From positions 9,945 through 33,944 of the forward strand of contig LADM01000128.1 of assembly GCA_000961645.1 (NCBI GenBank): 24,000 bases of DNA, in the 5' to 3' direction. The DNA comes from Gammaproteobacteria bacterium BRH_c0 (GTDB lineage Bacteria > Pseudomonadota > Gammaproteobacteria > Pseudomonadales > Porticoccaceae). A program made the translations under genes and the position numbers. A model generated the notes under the pieces. The model did no database searches. It saw only the letters and a program-made list of their open reading frames with translations, and was not told where the DNA came from. Positions 1 to 7,182 of this stretch are shown piece by piece (within the stretch, counting starts at the first letter, position 1; every line of letters begins with the position of its first letter).

Positions 1-442
1 CAGCGATGCCGTAACTGTTCCTGAGCTTTGTGGCGGCGACCAGCAGGTTATCACGGCGCGCGTCGAGCAATGCTTCATCGCTAACTGTGCCGGGCGTCAC
101 GATACGCATCACCTTGCGCTCTACCGGCCCCTTGCTGGTGGCCGGGTCGCCAACCTGTTCGCAGATGGCGACGGAAACACCCTGTTTCACCAGCCGCGCC
201 AGATAACCCTCAACCGCATGGTAGGGTACACCGGCCATCGGGATCGGTTCGCCTGCGGATTTGCCCCGTGCGGTGAGGGTCACATCCAGCAAACGGGCGG
301 CTTTGCGCGCATCGTCAAAGAACAGCTCGTAGAAATCGCCCATGCGGTAGAACACCATCTCATCCGGGTGATCAGCCTTAATGCGAAGGTATTGCTGCAT
401 CATGGGGGTATGGGCGTCGGCAGCTTGTGCTGGTGAGGACAT
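1..442 (-). CDS. mutS: DNA mismatch repair protein MutS, N-terminal 147 codons; the rest runs off the left edge
   Basis: Absent from the supplied ORF track because there is no stop in the window. Reverse-strand translation from the ATG at 442 gives [100 protein letters not shown]... This is canonical MutS domain I, including the GDFYELF mismatch-binding motif. Confidence 0.95.
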   Translation of the reverse strand, partial: MSSPAQAADAHTPMMQQYLRIKADHPDEMVFYRMGDFYELFFDDARKAARLLDVTLTARGKSAGEPIPMAGVPYHAVEGYLARLVKQGVSVAICEQVGDPATSKGPVERKVMRIVTPGTVSDEALLDARRDNLLVAATKLRNSYGIA

Positions 443-508
443 GGAGAACCTGTAGCGATTATTAAGCGGGTGATTCTACGTGATTGACAGTGGGTAGCGG
501 AACTACCG
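396..508. repeat. Direct repeat copy A: mutS start codon, first ~15 codons and ~65 bp upstream. Duplicated at 3082..3194.
   Basis: Hand alignment at a constant offset of 2686 bp. The core 405..486 matches 3091..3172 with 81/82 identical (single t/c difference at 411/3097). Flanks 396..404 and 487..508 match with scattered mismatches. Confidence 0.9.
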
Positions 509-520
509 GTGCCGGCTGGT

Positions 521-800
521 TTACGTTATGTTGTACTTTTGCGCCAGATGCAGATCGACGCAATGGTGGACACCAAAACCGAAGGCGTTGTGGCGTGGTT
601 TGCGATTGAAGCGAATGTTCTCTGGATCACCATATTCTTTTGAATCCCGTCCTGCCAGGGTGGTGCACATAAGAATCTTGTCACCTGGCATAACTTCAGC
701 GCCATTGATCTCGATTGATTGATGCAAGTTCTAAACGTGCTGACAGGTGGATAGGCGCGCATTAATCCGAGAAAAACCTTGATAGGAAATTTGTGGTCTT
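521..800 (-). pseudogene. Cytochrome P450 C-terminal remnant, frameshifted and 3-prime truncated
   Basis: Two minus-strand frames together read ...KVFLGLMRAYPPVSTFRT (K-helix ExxR / PPV region), then, after a frame change, IEINGAEVMPGDKILMCTTLAGRDSKEYGDPENIRFNRKPRHNAFGFGVHHCVDLHLAQ (heme-binding FGxGxHxCxG loop). The frame changes near the tcaatcaatc run at about 715-727. The reading frame stops 5 codons after LAQ, where a P450 normally continues for about 40 aa. No N-terminal ~300 aa is present. Confidence 0.7.
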
Positions 801-805
801 TGATC

Positions 806-1069
806 CTGATTGCCGCAGCTACCAGCTTCACAGTGCTGATGCTGGGGCCGACGCTGCTGGGGATTTGCCGGGGCTCTGGGAGCCGCAATCATTATGTGCT
901 TGGTGCCCAAGGGGCTCGTGCCCTTCGGACTTGCGGTCGTGTACACCAGGCAGGCGGTCGCCGCTGCTTTTGGGTAATCTATCGGCAGCTGTTGGGTGGG
1001 ATGATTGGCTGGCGTGGCGTCTTCTGGGTGCTAGTCCCGATTATTGTTGGTTGGCTTAACTTGGCTTAA
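806..1069 (+). pseudogene. Possible MFS-type transporter fragment with multiple frameshifts
   Basis: Hydrophobic segments are spread over two plus-strand frames: ...GFAGALGAAIIMCLVPKGLVPFGLAV... and ...IYRQLLGGMIGWRGVFWVLVPIIVGWL. The latter resembles the MFS GP-LGG-x-GWR-x-F-x-(I/V)-N-x-P region. There is no intact ORF and no start. Assignment is by eye only. Confidence 0.35.
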
Positions 1070-1086
1070 ACCAAATAAAGTAACTT

Positions 1087-2349
1087 TTATTCGATCCGAA
1101 AGTCAGTGCTCAAAGCCCGCCAATGCGCTTCTAACTGCTCTTTATGGTTATGCTGCATGGGCAGGTCTGTGAGTGCTGATGTCCATAGTGTCCTGGCTTT
1201 GTCGAGGGTGTCGTTCAGGTGAGGCTTGATTGCGCGCCAAGGTATGTCTGCTTTTTCTGACCAGGTCTTGAAATCTCCAAGGTTTGCCTTGTACCAGTCT
1301 TTGTTATTCCCCAAATTCAGCGCCAACAGCCGTTCTCCAGCGATGTACGTTTTAGTGGTGAGTATGTCGTAGGCCGGGGACAGTTCCGGTGTGCTCTTGT
1401 CGGGGTAGATCACGCTCCAGTTTTTCAGATGAGCATCGCCATTGGCTAGCAATATGTTCACCAGTAGTCGGCGGGCGAATTGCTGTACATTGGCCAAGGG
1501 GTCACCGGTGTACTGATAGAGGACTTTGCCAATCTGTTCTGCGTTGGCGCTGTCGTATTTTTCATGGGGATACTTGACCAGAATTTGCGCGAAATCCTCC
1601 ATGTGTATTCGCTGGCTGTTGTGTCTGTCGAAGCGGCGTATGGCAAAGGCAAATTGCTCGTTGGGGAGGTTGATGGGAGGTAGTGCTCCCAGCTTCTCAA
1701 TCTCTACCAAGCGAATATCGGGGATGTCGATGCCAGCCAATTCTGCCAGCCGCATTGCTGTGTATTCGTTCAACGGCACATTAGCGTGTTTGGTGGATGG
1801 GGTTTTGACGATCCAGTCTCCGAGATCTCCCGATTTGGCTATCTGATAGCGCCCTTCCTTTTCCCGCATGGAGAACTTCATCTGGATGCCTGCCAGAGAG
1901 AAGCGATTGGTCTGGTCTTGTACTGCGGGTTTGATCGCCCTGGCGTTGCCTATGGCGTTGAGAACGTAGCTGGGTATTTCGCCTGGATCTAGCGGCGTCG
2001 CGATCACCGCACCAGGCAGATCCTGCCCCAAGTATGTGAATAACTTAAATTCGTTATCGATATGAATCTTCAGCATTTGCGCTAGCAGCTCGCGCAATGC
2101 GCCTTCAGGTAGAAGATTCGACAGAACCGGGTGTAATCGTTGCCGCCTTGCCCATGGTGTTCGCAGTACTTTATTGACGTGGGGGAAAGTAGGGTGGGTA
2201 ATAAGAGTGAATGTAGGCCGCGAGTTGTCGGCGATAAACTCTGGTGCAAAGTGAAGAACATTGCGCCCATCCTGGAATCCTGTCAGGTATCCGACAGTGG
2301 CATTGTGGAGACTGAGTTTGAGCACGCTTGCGTCCAGCACGGTCGTCAT
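1087..2349 (-). CDS. hipA: HipA-like serine/threonine kinase toxin (type II TA)
   Basis: 420-aa ORF. The N-terminal HipA coupling region reads LHNATVGYLT...HFAPEFI. The loop FSLAGIQMKFSM is the counterpart of HipA SLAGAQxK. The catalytic motif reads NGDAHLKNWSVIY. The start overlaps the upstream HTH gene by 4 bp (ATGA). Confidence 0.9.
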   Translation of the reverse strand: MTTVLDASVLKLSLHNATVGYLTGFQDGRNVLHFAPEFIADNSRPTFTLITHPTFPHVNKVLRTPWARRQRLHPVLSNLLPEGALRELLAQMLKIHIDNEFKLFTYLGQDLPGAVIATPLDPGEIPSYVLNAIGNARAIKPAVQDQTNRFSLAGIQMKFSMREKEGRYQIAKSGDLGDWIVKTPSTKHANVPLNEYTAMRLAELAGIDIPDIRLVEIEKLGALPPINLPNEQFAFAIRRFDRHNSQRIHMEDFAQILVKYPHEKYDSANAEQIGKVLYQYTGDPLANVQQFARRLLVNILLANGDAHLKNWSVIYPDKSTPELSPAYDILTTKTYIAGERLLALNLGNNKDWYKANLGDFKTWSEKADIPWRAIKPHLNDTLDKARTLWTSALTDLPMQHNHKEQLEAHWRALSTDFRIE

Positions 2350-2666
2350 GCCTCGTCCTCAAGTAGTCCCTTCCAGGGGTTTTCTGCCCCAGAGGACGAA
2401 GGAGTTTGTTCCGTTTCAGTGCTGCTTGGCTTATTCGCTGTGTTGCTCAGCAGCTCGCGCACGGCCTGTAGCTTTTCTTGAGGAATAAGCATGAGTTCCA
2501 ATTTCAGCCCTTTTGCCACCAGTTCCAGTGTGTCCAGGCGCGGGTTACCTTCAGCCTCCAGCCGCTGGTATTGCTGGCGAGCCATGCCGACTTTTAGCGT
2601 CATGTCTTCTTGTTTAAGACGTAACGCTTTACGGCGGGCTCTCAGTTGTTCGTGAATGCTGCTCAT
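2346..2666 (-). CDS. hipB: XRE-family HTH antitoxin (HipB-like) with an acidic, Trp-containing C-terminal tail
   Basis: 106-aa ORF. The HTH region reads LRARRKALRLKQEDMTLKVGMARQQYQRLEAEGNPRLDTLELVAKGLKLEL. It is translationally coupled to the hipA-like gene. The tail reads ...SSGAENPWKGLLEDEA. Confidence 0.85.
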   Translation of the reverse strand: MSSIHEQLRARRKALRLKQEDMTLKVGMARQQYQRLEAEGNPRLDTLELVAKGLKLELMLIPQEKLQAVRELLSNTANKPSSTETEQTPSSSGAENPWKGLLEDEA

Positions 2667-2674
2667 GGCTTAGG

Positions 2675-2789
2675 GTGATCGGCTACGGGAGTGATACTTG
2701 GCGTGTGTGATACATATTAGTTGCTTTTTTTAACATTGCAATTAATGTGTTGCTATTTTATAAAAAAGAAGCAAAAGAGTTGCTATTTT
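2675..2789. promoter_or_regulatory. hipB-hipA upstream region with two sets of phased direct repeats (candidate operators)
   Basis: GTGAT(A/C) occurs at 2675, 2691 and 2707, with 16-bp spacing. GTTGCT(A/T)TTTT occurs at 2720..2730, 2749..2759 and 2779..2789, with 29-30 bp spacing. All lie 10-125 bp upstream of the hipB ATG (2666, minus strand) in an AT-rich tract. Confidence 0.4.
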
Positions 2790-3056
2790 GGTGGGGTGTC
2801 AGAGTATGGCTGGATTGGCGTGGTATACAAATGCTGTGCTGTGCCATGTTTCCGCCTGAAGAAATGCAGTGATGATGGCCGATCCTTAAGCTGGAAGCGC
2901 CATAGTAGGCCTCTTGGGGATGGCATCGTATCTGCCTCAAGTAGTCGGGAGGTTCTCTAAATACTGGGTGTGTGTGGATCAAGAATTGACCGATTTGATG
3001 CCCAGAATTAGTGTAGATTTTAGTATAGGTTGCCCTGTAAATATTTATAAAAAATA

Positions 3057-3128
3057 TTATAAATCAATGGTAAAGCACCAATGCATGATTGGGGTACGGG
3101 CGTCGGCAGCTTGTGCTGGTGAGGACAT
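3057..3128 (-). pseudogene. mutS 5-prime remnant: 13 mutS codons fused to 10 unrelated codons
   Basis: Reverse translation from the ATG at 3128 gives [13 protein letters not shown], then IMHWCFTIDL and a stop. The first 13 aa match the true MutS N-terminus at 442 except for H11R. The remnant sits in repeat copy B and has the same upstream sequence as the real gene. Confidence 0.8.
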
Positions 3129-3194
3129 GGAGAACCTGTAGCGATTATTAAGCGGGTGATTCTACGTGATTGGTCAGGGATTGCGGAACCACTG
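3082..3194. repeat. Direct repeat copy B of the mutS start and upstream region
   Basis: See copy A (396..508). The core 3091..3172 is 81/82 identical to 405..486. Confidence 0.9.
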
Positions 3195-3284
3195 TCAACC
3201 GATAATCATCGCGTCTGCATAGGTAGCGTGAATATGCCCAGGGGTTGCCGACCAAACCTGACGCCTTCGAAGCCATTGGACGCA

Positions 3285-3338
3285 ATAGACAGTCTTCTGA
3301 CAATTGACAGTCTTCTGACAATAGATCGCCTTCTAACA
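3285..3338. repeat. 18-bp tandem repeat x3
   Basis: The units are atagacagtcttctgaca (3285..3302), attgacagtcttctgaca (3303..3320) and atagatcgccttctaaca (3321..3338). Units 1 and 2 differ at 1 position; unit 3 is more diverged. Confidence 0.85.
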
Positions 3339-3398
3339 GTACCAATGTAAGTGCTAGCGTTGAGGATTCACTATTACCTGTTTTTTAAAGCGCCAGGG

Positions 3399-4361
3399 CT
3401 AGTCGTTATCCGGTTGAGAGCGGCGCCACTGCCCGGGTGTGGAATGGAATGTGTTGCGAAAAGCCCGGCTAAATGATGCCTCTGACTCGTAGCCAACCTC
3501 ATGGGCAATATTGACAATGCTGAGAGGTGATTCACGCAGCCTGACTGCCGCAAGCTGGAGGCGCCATTGGCTGAGATAGCGCATGGGCGGAAGCCCGACC
3601 AGTTGGGTGAAGCGTTCAGCAAAGGCGGAGCGCGACAGGTTGGCTGATTTCGCCAATTCGTCCGTGGTCCATTGATGTGCCGGTTGGCGATGTAGCTGGG
3701 CCAGGGCTTTGCCAACTTTGGGGTCGCGTAAACCTGCGAGCCAGCCTGTGTTGCTGGCCGGGAGTGTGAGCAGGTATCGGCGCAGCGCTTCCACAAACAG
3801 CAGTTCCGCCAGTTTGCCAAGAATGGTGGCGGACCCTACGCCACCGCGGGAAAACTCCTGCGCCGCATGCTGAAAGGTACTTGCCATCCAGTTGTCTGAA
3901 TCAGCCTGGCCAACATTGAGCTGGAGCAACGATGGCAGCGAATTGATCAGTGGATTGTCTGGGATATCGCAGCCGAGAAAGCCGCAGATGATATGGCAGG
4001 GTTCTCCACCACCGCCGAAATGTAACAGTGCCGGGCCAGAGGCGTTATCTGTGTTGATAAGGTGATCAATGCTGGCCGGACGCAGCCCTTTTTTGCTGGC
4101 CAGTATATGCCTGCCGTTTTGCGGCAAAAGAACGATATCACCGCTTTGCAGTTTATGGGGAAGTTCAGCGCCACTGCCCAGATACAGCTCGCCGCTAACG
4201 ATGTAGTGGTAGGCGATGATGGCTGTCGGCACAGCACCATAGGGCTTGCAATCATCGGGTGTTATTTGCGCTTCAATACACCAGGGTGCGGTGAAACGGG
4301 CATCGAGAAAGACGCTGCTGGAAAATCGTATGGTGGCAATAATATCGGATAACACGTCCAT
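3399..4361 (-). CDS. AraC-family transcriptional regulator with N-terminal cupin-type sensor domain
   Basis: 320-aa ORF. The N-terminus MDVLSDIIATIRFSSSVFLDARFTAPWCIE is typical of the cupin/AraC_binding_2 class. The C-terminal double HTH reads WTTDELAKSANLSRSAFAERFTQLVGLPPMRYLSQWRLQLAAVRLRESPLSIVNIAHEVGYESEASFSRAFRNTF. Confidence 0.9.
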   Translation of the reverse strand: MDVLSDIIATIRFSSSVFLDARFTAPWCIEAQITPDDCKPYGAVPTAIIAYHYIVSGELYLGSGAELPHKLQSGDIVLLPQNGRHILASKKGLRPASIDHLINTDNASGPALLHFGGGGEPCHIICGFLGCDIPDNPLINSLPSLLQLNVGQADSDNWMASTFQHAAQEFSRGGVGSATILGKLAELLFVEALRRYLLTLPASNTGWLAGLRDPKVGKALAQLHRQPAHQWTTDELAKSANLSRSAFAERFTQLVGLPPMRYLSQWRLQLAAVRLRESPLSIVNIAHEVGYESEASFSRAFRNTFHSTPGQWRRSQPDND

Positions 4362-4606
4362 CAGTTTGCATCCTGTAAACAGGCCATTGTTGTTGCTGAA
4401 TGCGCTGCAATGACTGTCTGATTGCTGTTCAGACCAGACGGGCCAACATCCCTTCTGATCATGATTCCCATACCGGCGTTGAGGACAATAACTCCGGTGT
4501 TCTGGCCATAGCGGGTGAATGGCCCAGGGACTATCCTCACTCCACAGTCACCCTGATGATTTACCGGGGCCGACCATGGTATTTCAACAGTGATGGAGGT
4601 GTTTCC

Positions 4607-5965
4607 ATGTCCAGCTTTGCGGAATTGGATTTGCGCTGTACAGGTGCAAATGATGACAGTCTGGCTATTTATCACCAGGCCTTGCAGGAATTCAATTGCT
4701 ATATCGATGATCCGCTGCTGACGACCGACCGGGCGCTAGCGAATTCGCCGGATTTTGTCATGGCCCATGTGCTGCACGCTTACCTCCACCTGTTGGGCAC
4801 TGAGCCGGCAACCCTGGCCATCGCCAACAGCAGTAGAGAACGCGCACAGCGCATCGCTGGCAATGAGCGGGAAAGAGCTCACACTGCCGCTGTAGCGTAC
4901 TTGGTGGAAGGGCGCTGGCGACAGGCGGGGCGGGTACTGGAAGATATCTCGGCGGCATACCCTGTGGATATCCTCGCCCTGCAGGCAGGTCATCTGGTGG
5001 ATTTTTATACCGGTAACAGCCGCATGTTGCGCGACCGCATAGCCCGCGCTTTACCAGCATGGTCTGCAGCTATGCCGGGTTATCACAGCGTTTTGAGTAT
5101 GTACGCATTCGGCCTGGAAGAAACCGGAGATTACACCAAGGCCGAGACGCTGGGCCGGGAAGCGGTTGCACGCAATGCGCGGGATGGCTGGGGCCAGCAT
5201 GCGGTGGCCCATGTGCTGGAAATGCAGGGCCGTGCTGGCGAGGGCGTGCAGTGGATGCGGGAAAATGTGGCAGGCTGGGCAACAGGCAGTTTCTTCCAGG
5301 TCCACAATTGGTGGCACCTGGCGCTGTTCTATCTCGATCAGGAAGCTATCGCCGAGGTGCTCAAGCTGTTTGATCAGCCCATTTACGGCCAGCCATCCAA
5401 CCTGATACTCGATATGGTCGATGCTTCTGCGCTATTGTGGCGGTTGAATCTGCTGCAGATCGATGTGGGCACGCGCTGGCAATCGGTTGCCGACAACTGG
5501 CAGCCGGTTTCGACAGCGGGAAACTACGCCTTCAACGATGTACATGCAGCCATGGCATTGGCTTGCAGCAACAGGATGGATGCTATTGGCGGGATTATTG
5601 ATACCCAGAAAGAGGTGATGGCCAGCGCCAGCGACAATGCTATTTTTGTCCGCGATGTGGGACAGCCGTTGACATTGGCTATTGTGGCCTTTGCCGAGGG
5701 CGACTATGCGAGGGTGATTGAGCTTGTCAGGCCGGTCAGGGAGATTGCCCAGCGTTTTGGCGGCAGTCACGCACAGCGGGATGTCATAGATCTAACCCTT
5801 GTTGAAGCTGCGATCAGGGGTGGTGAGCAATCCCTGGCCCGGGCACTGGTCAACGAACGCCTGGCCATCAAACCGCACAGTGCTGCCAATCAAACGTTGA
5901 TGGGGCGTGTCAATGGAATGGGGCGAATGGCGGTAGCGGGCAGAATGGTTGGGGGCAATTCATGA
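4607..5965 (+). CDS. Tetratricopeptide repeat protein, TTC38-like family
   Basis: The track ORF begins at 4400, but GGAGG at 4594..4598 precedes the ATG at 4607 (MSSFAELD...). Conserved-looking helical repeats include [57 protein letters not shown] and [15 protein letters not shown]. Family assignment is from memory of TTC38 homologues. Confidence 0.7.
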   Translation: MSSFAELDLRCTGANDDSLAIYHQALQEFNCYIDDPLLTTDRALANSPDFVMAHVLHAYLHLLGTEPATLAIANSSRERAQRIAGNERERAHTAAVAYLVEGRWRQAGRVLEDISAAYPVDILALQAGHLVDFYTGNSRMLRDRIARALPAWSAAMPGYHSVLSMYAFGLEETGDYTKAETLGREAVARNARDGWGQHAVAHVLEMQGRAGEGVQWMRENVAGWATGSFFQVHNWWHLALFYLDQEAIAEVLKLFDQPIYGQPSNLILDMVDASALLWRLNLLQIDVGTRWQSVADNWQPVSTAGNYAFNDVHAAMALACSNRMDAIGGIIDTQKEVMASASDNAIFVRDVGQPLTLAIVAFAEGDYARVIELVRPVREIAQRFGGSHAQRDVIDLTLVEAAIRGGEQSLARALVNERLAIKPHSAANQTLMGRVNGMGRMAVAGRMVGGNS

Positions 5966-6381
5966 TGAAAAAACTGGCAATCATCATACGCGACGATGGC
6001 TACGATAAATTGTTGACACCCCTCACCTTTGCCTATGCGATGGCCGCTGAGGGCGTTGAAGTGGATGTGCTTTTTGTCCTCTGGGCGGTGCGGGTATTGA
6101 CCCCTGAAGGGGCTGCCAGCGTGGCCATTGAGGGCCGCCATGCCGAGGATATGGACTGGTTGCGCAAACGACTGGCCGAGGAGGGCGATCCGGTGGAGAT
6201 AGCGGATTTCCTCCAGCTCCTCAAGGCGAGCGGAAAAGTCAGCCTTTATGGCTGCAAATATGCGGCGTCAACCTTCGCTGTTGCAGCTGAGAACCTGCTC
6301 GACAGCGCAACCGCTATTGTTGATCCTGGCTGGTTTCTCAGGGAAAAGGCAAGCAAGGCAGATCACTGCCAGTATTTTTAG
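5962..6381 (+). CDS. DsrE/DsrF-like (DrsE_2 / peroxiredoxin-like) small protein
   Basis: 139-aa ORF whose ATGA overlaps the upstream stop. [43 protein letters not shown] is the typical DsrE-fold N-terminus. A Cys lies in LYGCKYA. Confidence 0.65.
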   Translation: MMKKLAIIIRDDGYDKLLTPLTFAYAMAAEGVEVDVLFVLWAVRVLTPEGAASVAIEGRHAEDMDWLRKRLAEEGDPVEIADFLQLLKASGKVSLYGCKYAASTFAVAAENLLDSATAIVDPGWFLREKASKADHCQYF

Positions 6382-6452
6382 CAAGGGCCAACTCAGGTCA
6401 GATTTCTGCGTCCCTAGGCGAGTTTGTTTCGGTGGCGCTGGTAAGGCGGGTG

Positions 6453-7151
6453 TCAGGGTTCGAGCTGAATCATGCCCTCGGGGATCATGTAGCCGATATG
6501 ACGCACGGTGACGATGTACTTCGGATTGCTGGGCTTATCCTCAAGCTTCTGCCGGAGGCGGGCAACAAAGTTGTCAATGGCCCGGTCCACCGGGTTCCAC
6601 TCCTTGTCGAACACCTCAAGGGACAGAGTCTCCCGCGACACTGAACGGTTTCCGGCATCGACAAGTAGCTTGATGAAAGCGTATTCCCGCGAGCTGAGGA
6701 AAATTCTGTCCCTGCCGCTTTTCAAACATCGCTCTTTGGTATCCAGAAGCAGCAACCCCGTCCGGGAATCCTCCTGAGGTCTGTCACCCCAGCGCCTGAG
6801 AACTGCGTTTACCCGGGCAAGGAGAAGCCTGGGGTCAAACGGTTTGGCTATATAGTCATCGGCGCCAATCTCCAGGCCGACCACGGCATCGATGTTGTCG
6901 TCCAGGGAGGTCAGCATGATGACAGGGGTATTGTATGTGCCCTTGATCCACTTGGTGAGTTCTATGCCGCTCTCGCCAGGCATGATGACGTCGATGGTGG
7001 CGAGATCGAACCTGTCCTGTTGCAGCAACGCCCTCGCTTCTCTGGCATTTCCGGCGTGGCGGCAGGCAAAGCCGTACTTCTCGAACAGGGCGCTCAACTG
7101 TTGTCGCATCAGCAGCTCGTCGTCGACGACCAGAATTTTTTTTGGCTTCAT
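6453..7151 (-). CDS. OmpR/PhoB-family response regulator (REC plus winged-helix)
   Basis: 232 aa. REC motifs are KILVVDDE, the phospho-acceptor context DLATIDVIMPG, and ADDYIAKPF. The C-terminal Trans_reg_C region reads LSSREYAFIKLLVDAGNRSVSRETL...AIDNFVARLRQKLE...IVTVRHIGYM. Confidence 0.92.
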   Translation of the reverse strand: MKPKKILVVDDELLMRQQLSALFEKYGFACRHAGNAREARALLQQDRFDLATIDVIMPGESGIELTKWIKGTYNTPVIMLTSLDDNIDAVVGLEIGADDYIAKPFDPRLLLARVNAVLRRWGDRPQEDSRTGLLLLDTKERCLKSGRDRIFLSSREYAFIKLLVDAGNRSVSRETLSLEVFDKEWNPVDRAIDNFVARLRQKLEDKPSNPKYIVTVRHIGYMIPEGMIQLEP

Positions 7152-7182
7152 AGCTCTCGCCGTATTCGGTTAAGACACTGTT

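Noticed and set aside
218-436. 72-aa plus-strand ORF at the left edge
   Set aside because: It is antisense to the mutS N-terminal domain, which reads perfectly on the minus strand.
2790-3090. Looked for a tRNA, tmRNA fragment or small RNA as an integration target between hipB and repeat copy B
   Set aside because: No cloverleaf-compatible acceptor or T-arm (GGTTCGAATCC-like) sequence was found. The ggttctctaaat at about 2953 does not fit. The 74-79-aa ORFs here have implausible composition. The region is left unannotated.
3148-3350. 64-aa and 65-aa ORFs on both strands covering the 18-bp repeats
   Set aside because: They stay open only because the repeat period preserves frame. One starts inside the duplicated mutS upstream sequence. 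Neither has a ribosome-binding site or a recognisable fold.
4400-4606. 69-codon N-terminal extension of the TTC38-like ORF, and the 104-aa minus-strand ORF at 4361..4675
   Set aside because: The extension has no ribosome-binding site and an implausible sequence. GGAGG precedes the ATG at 4607. The region is better read as the divergent araC/TTC38 promoter region.
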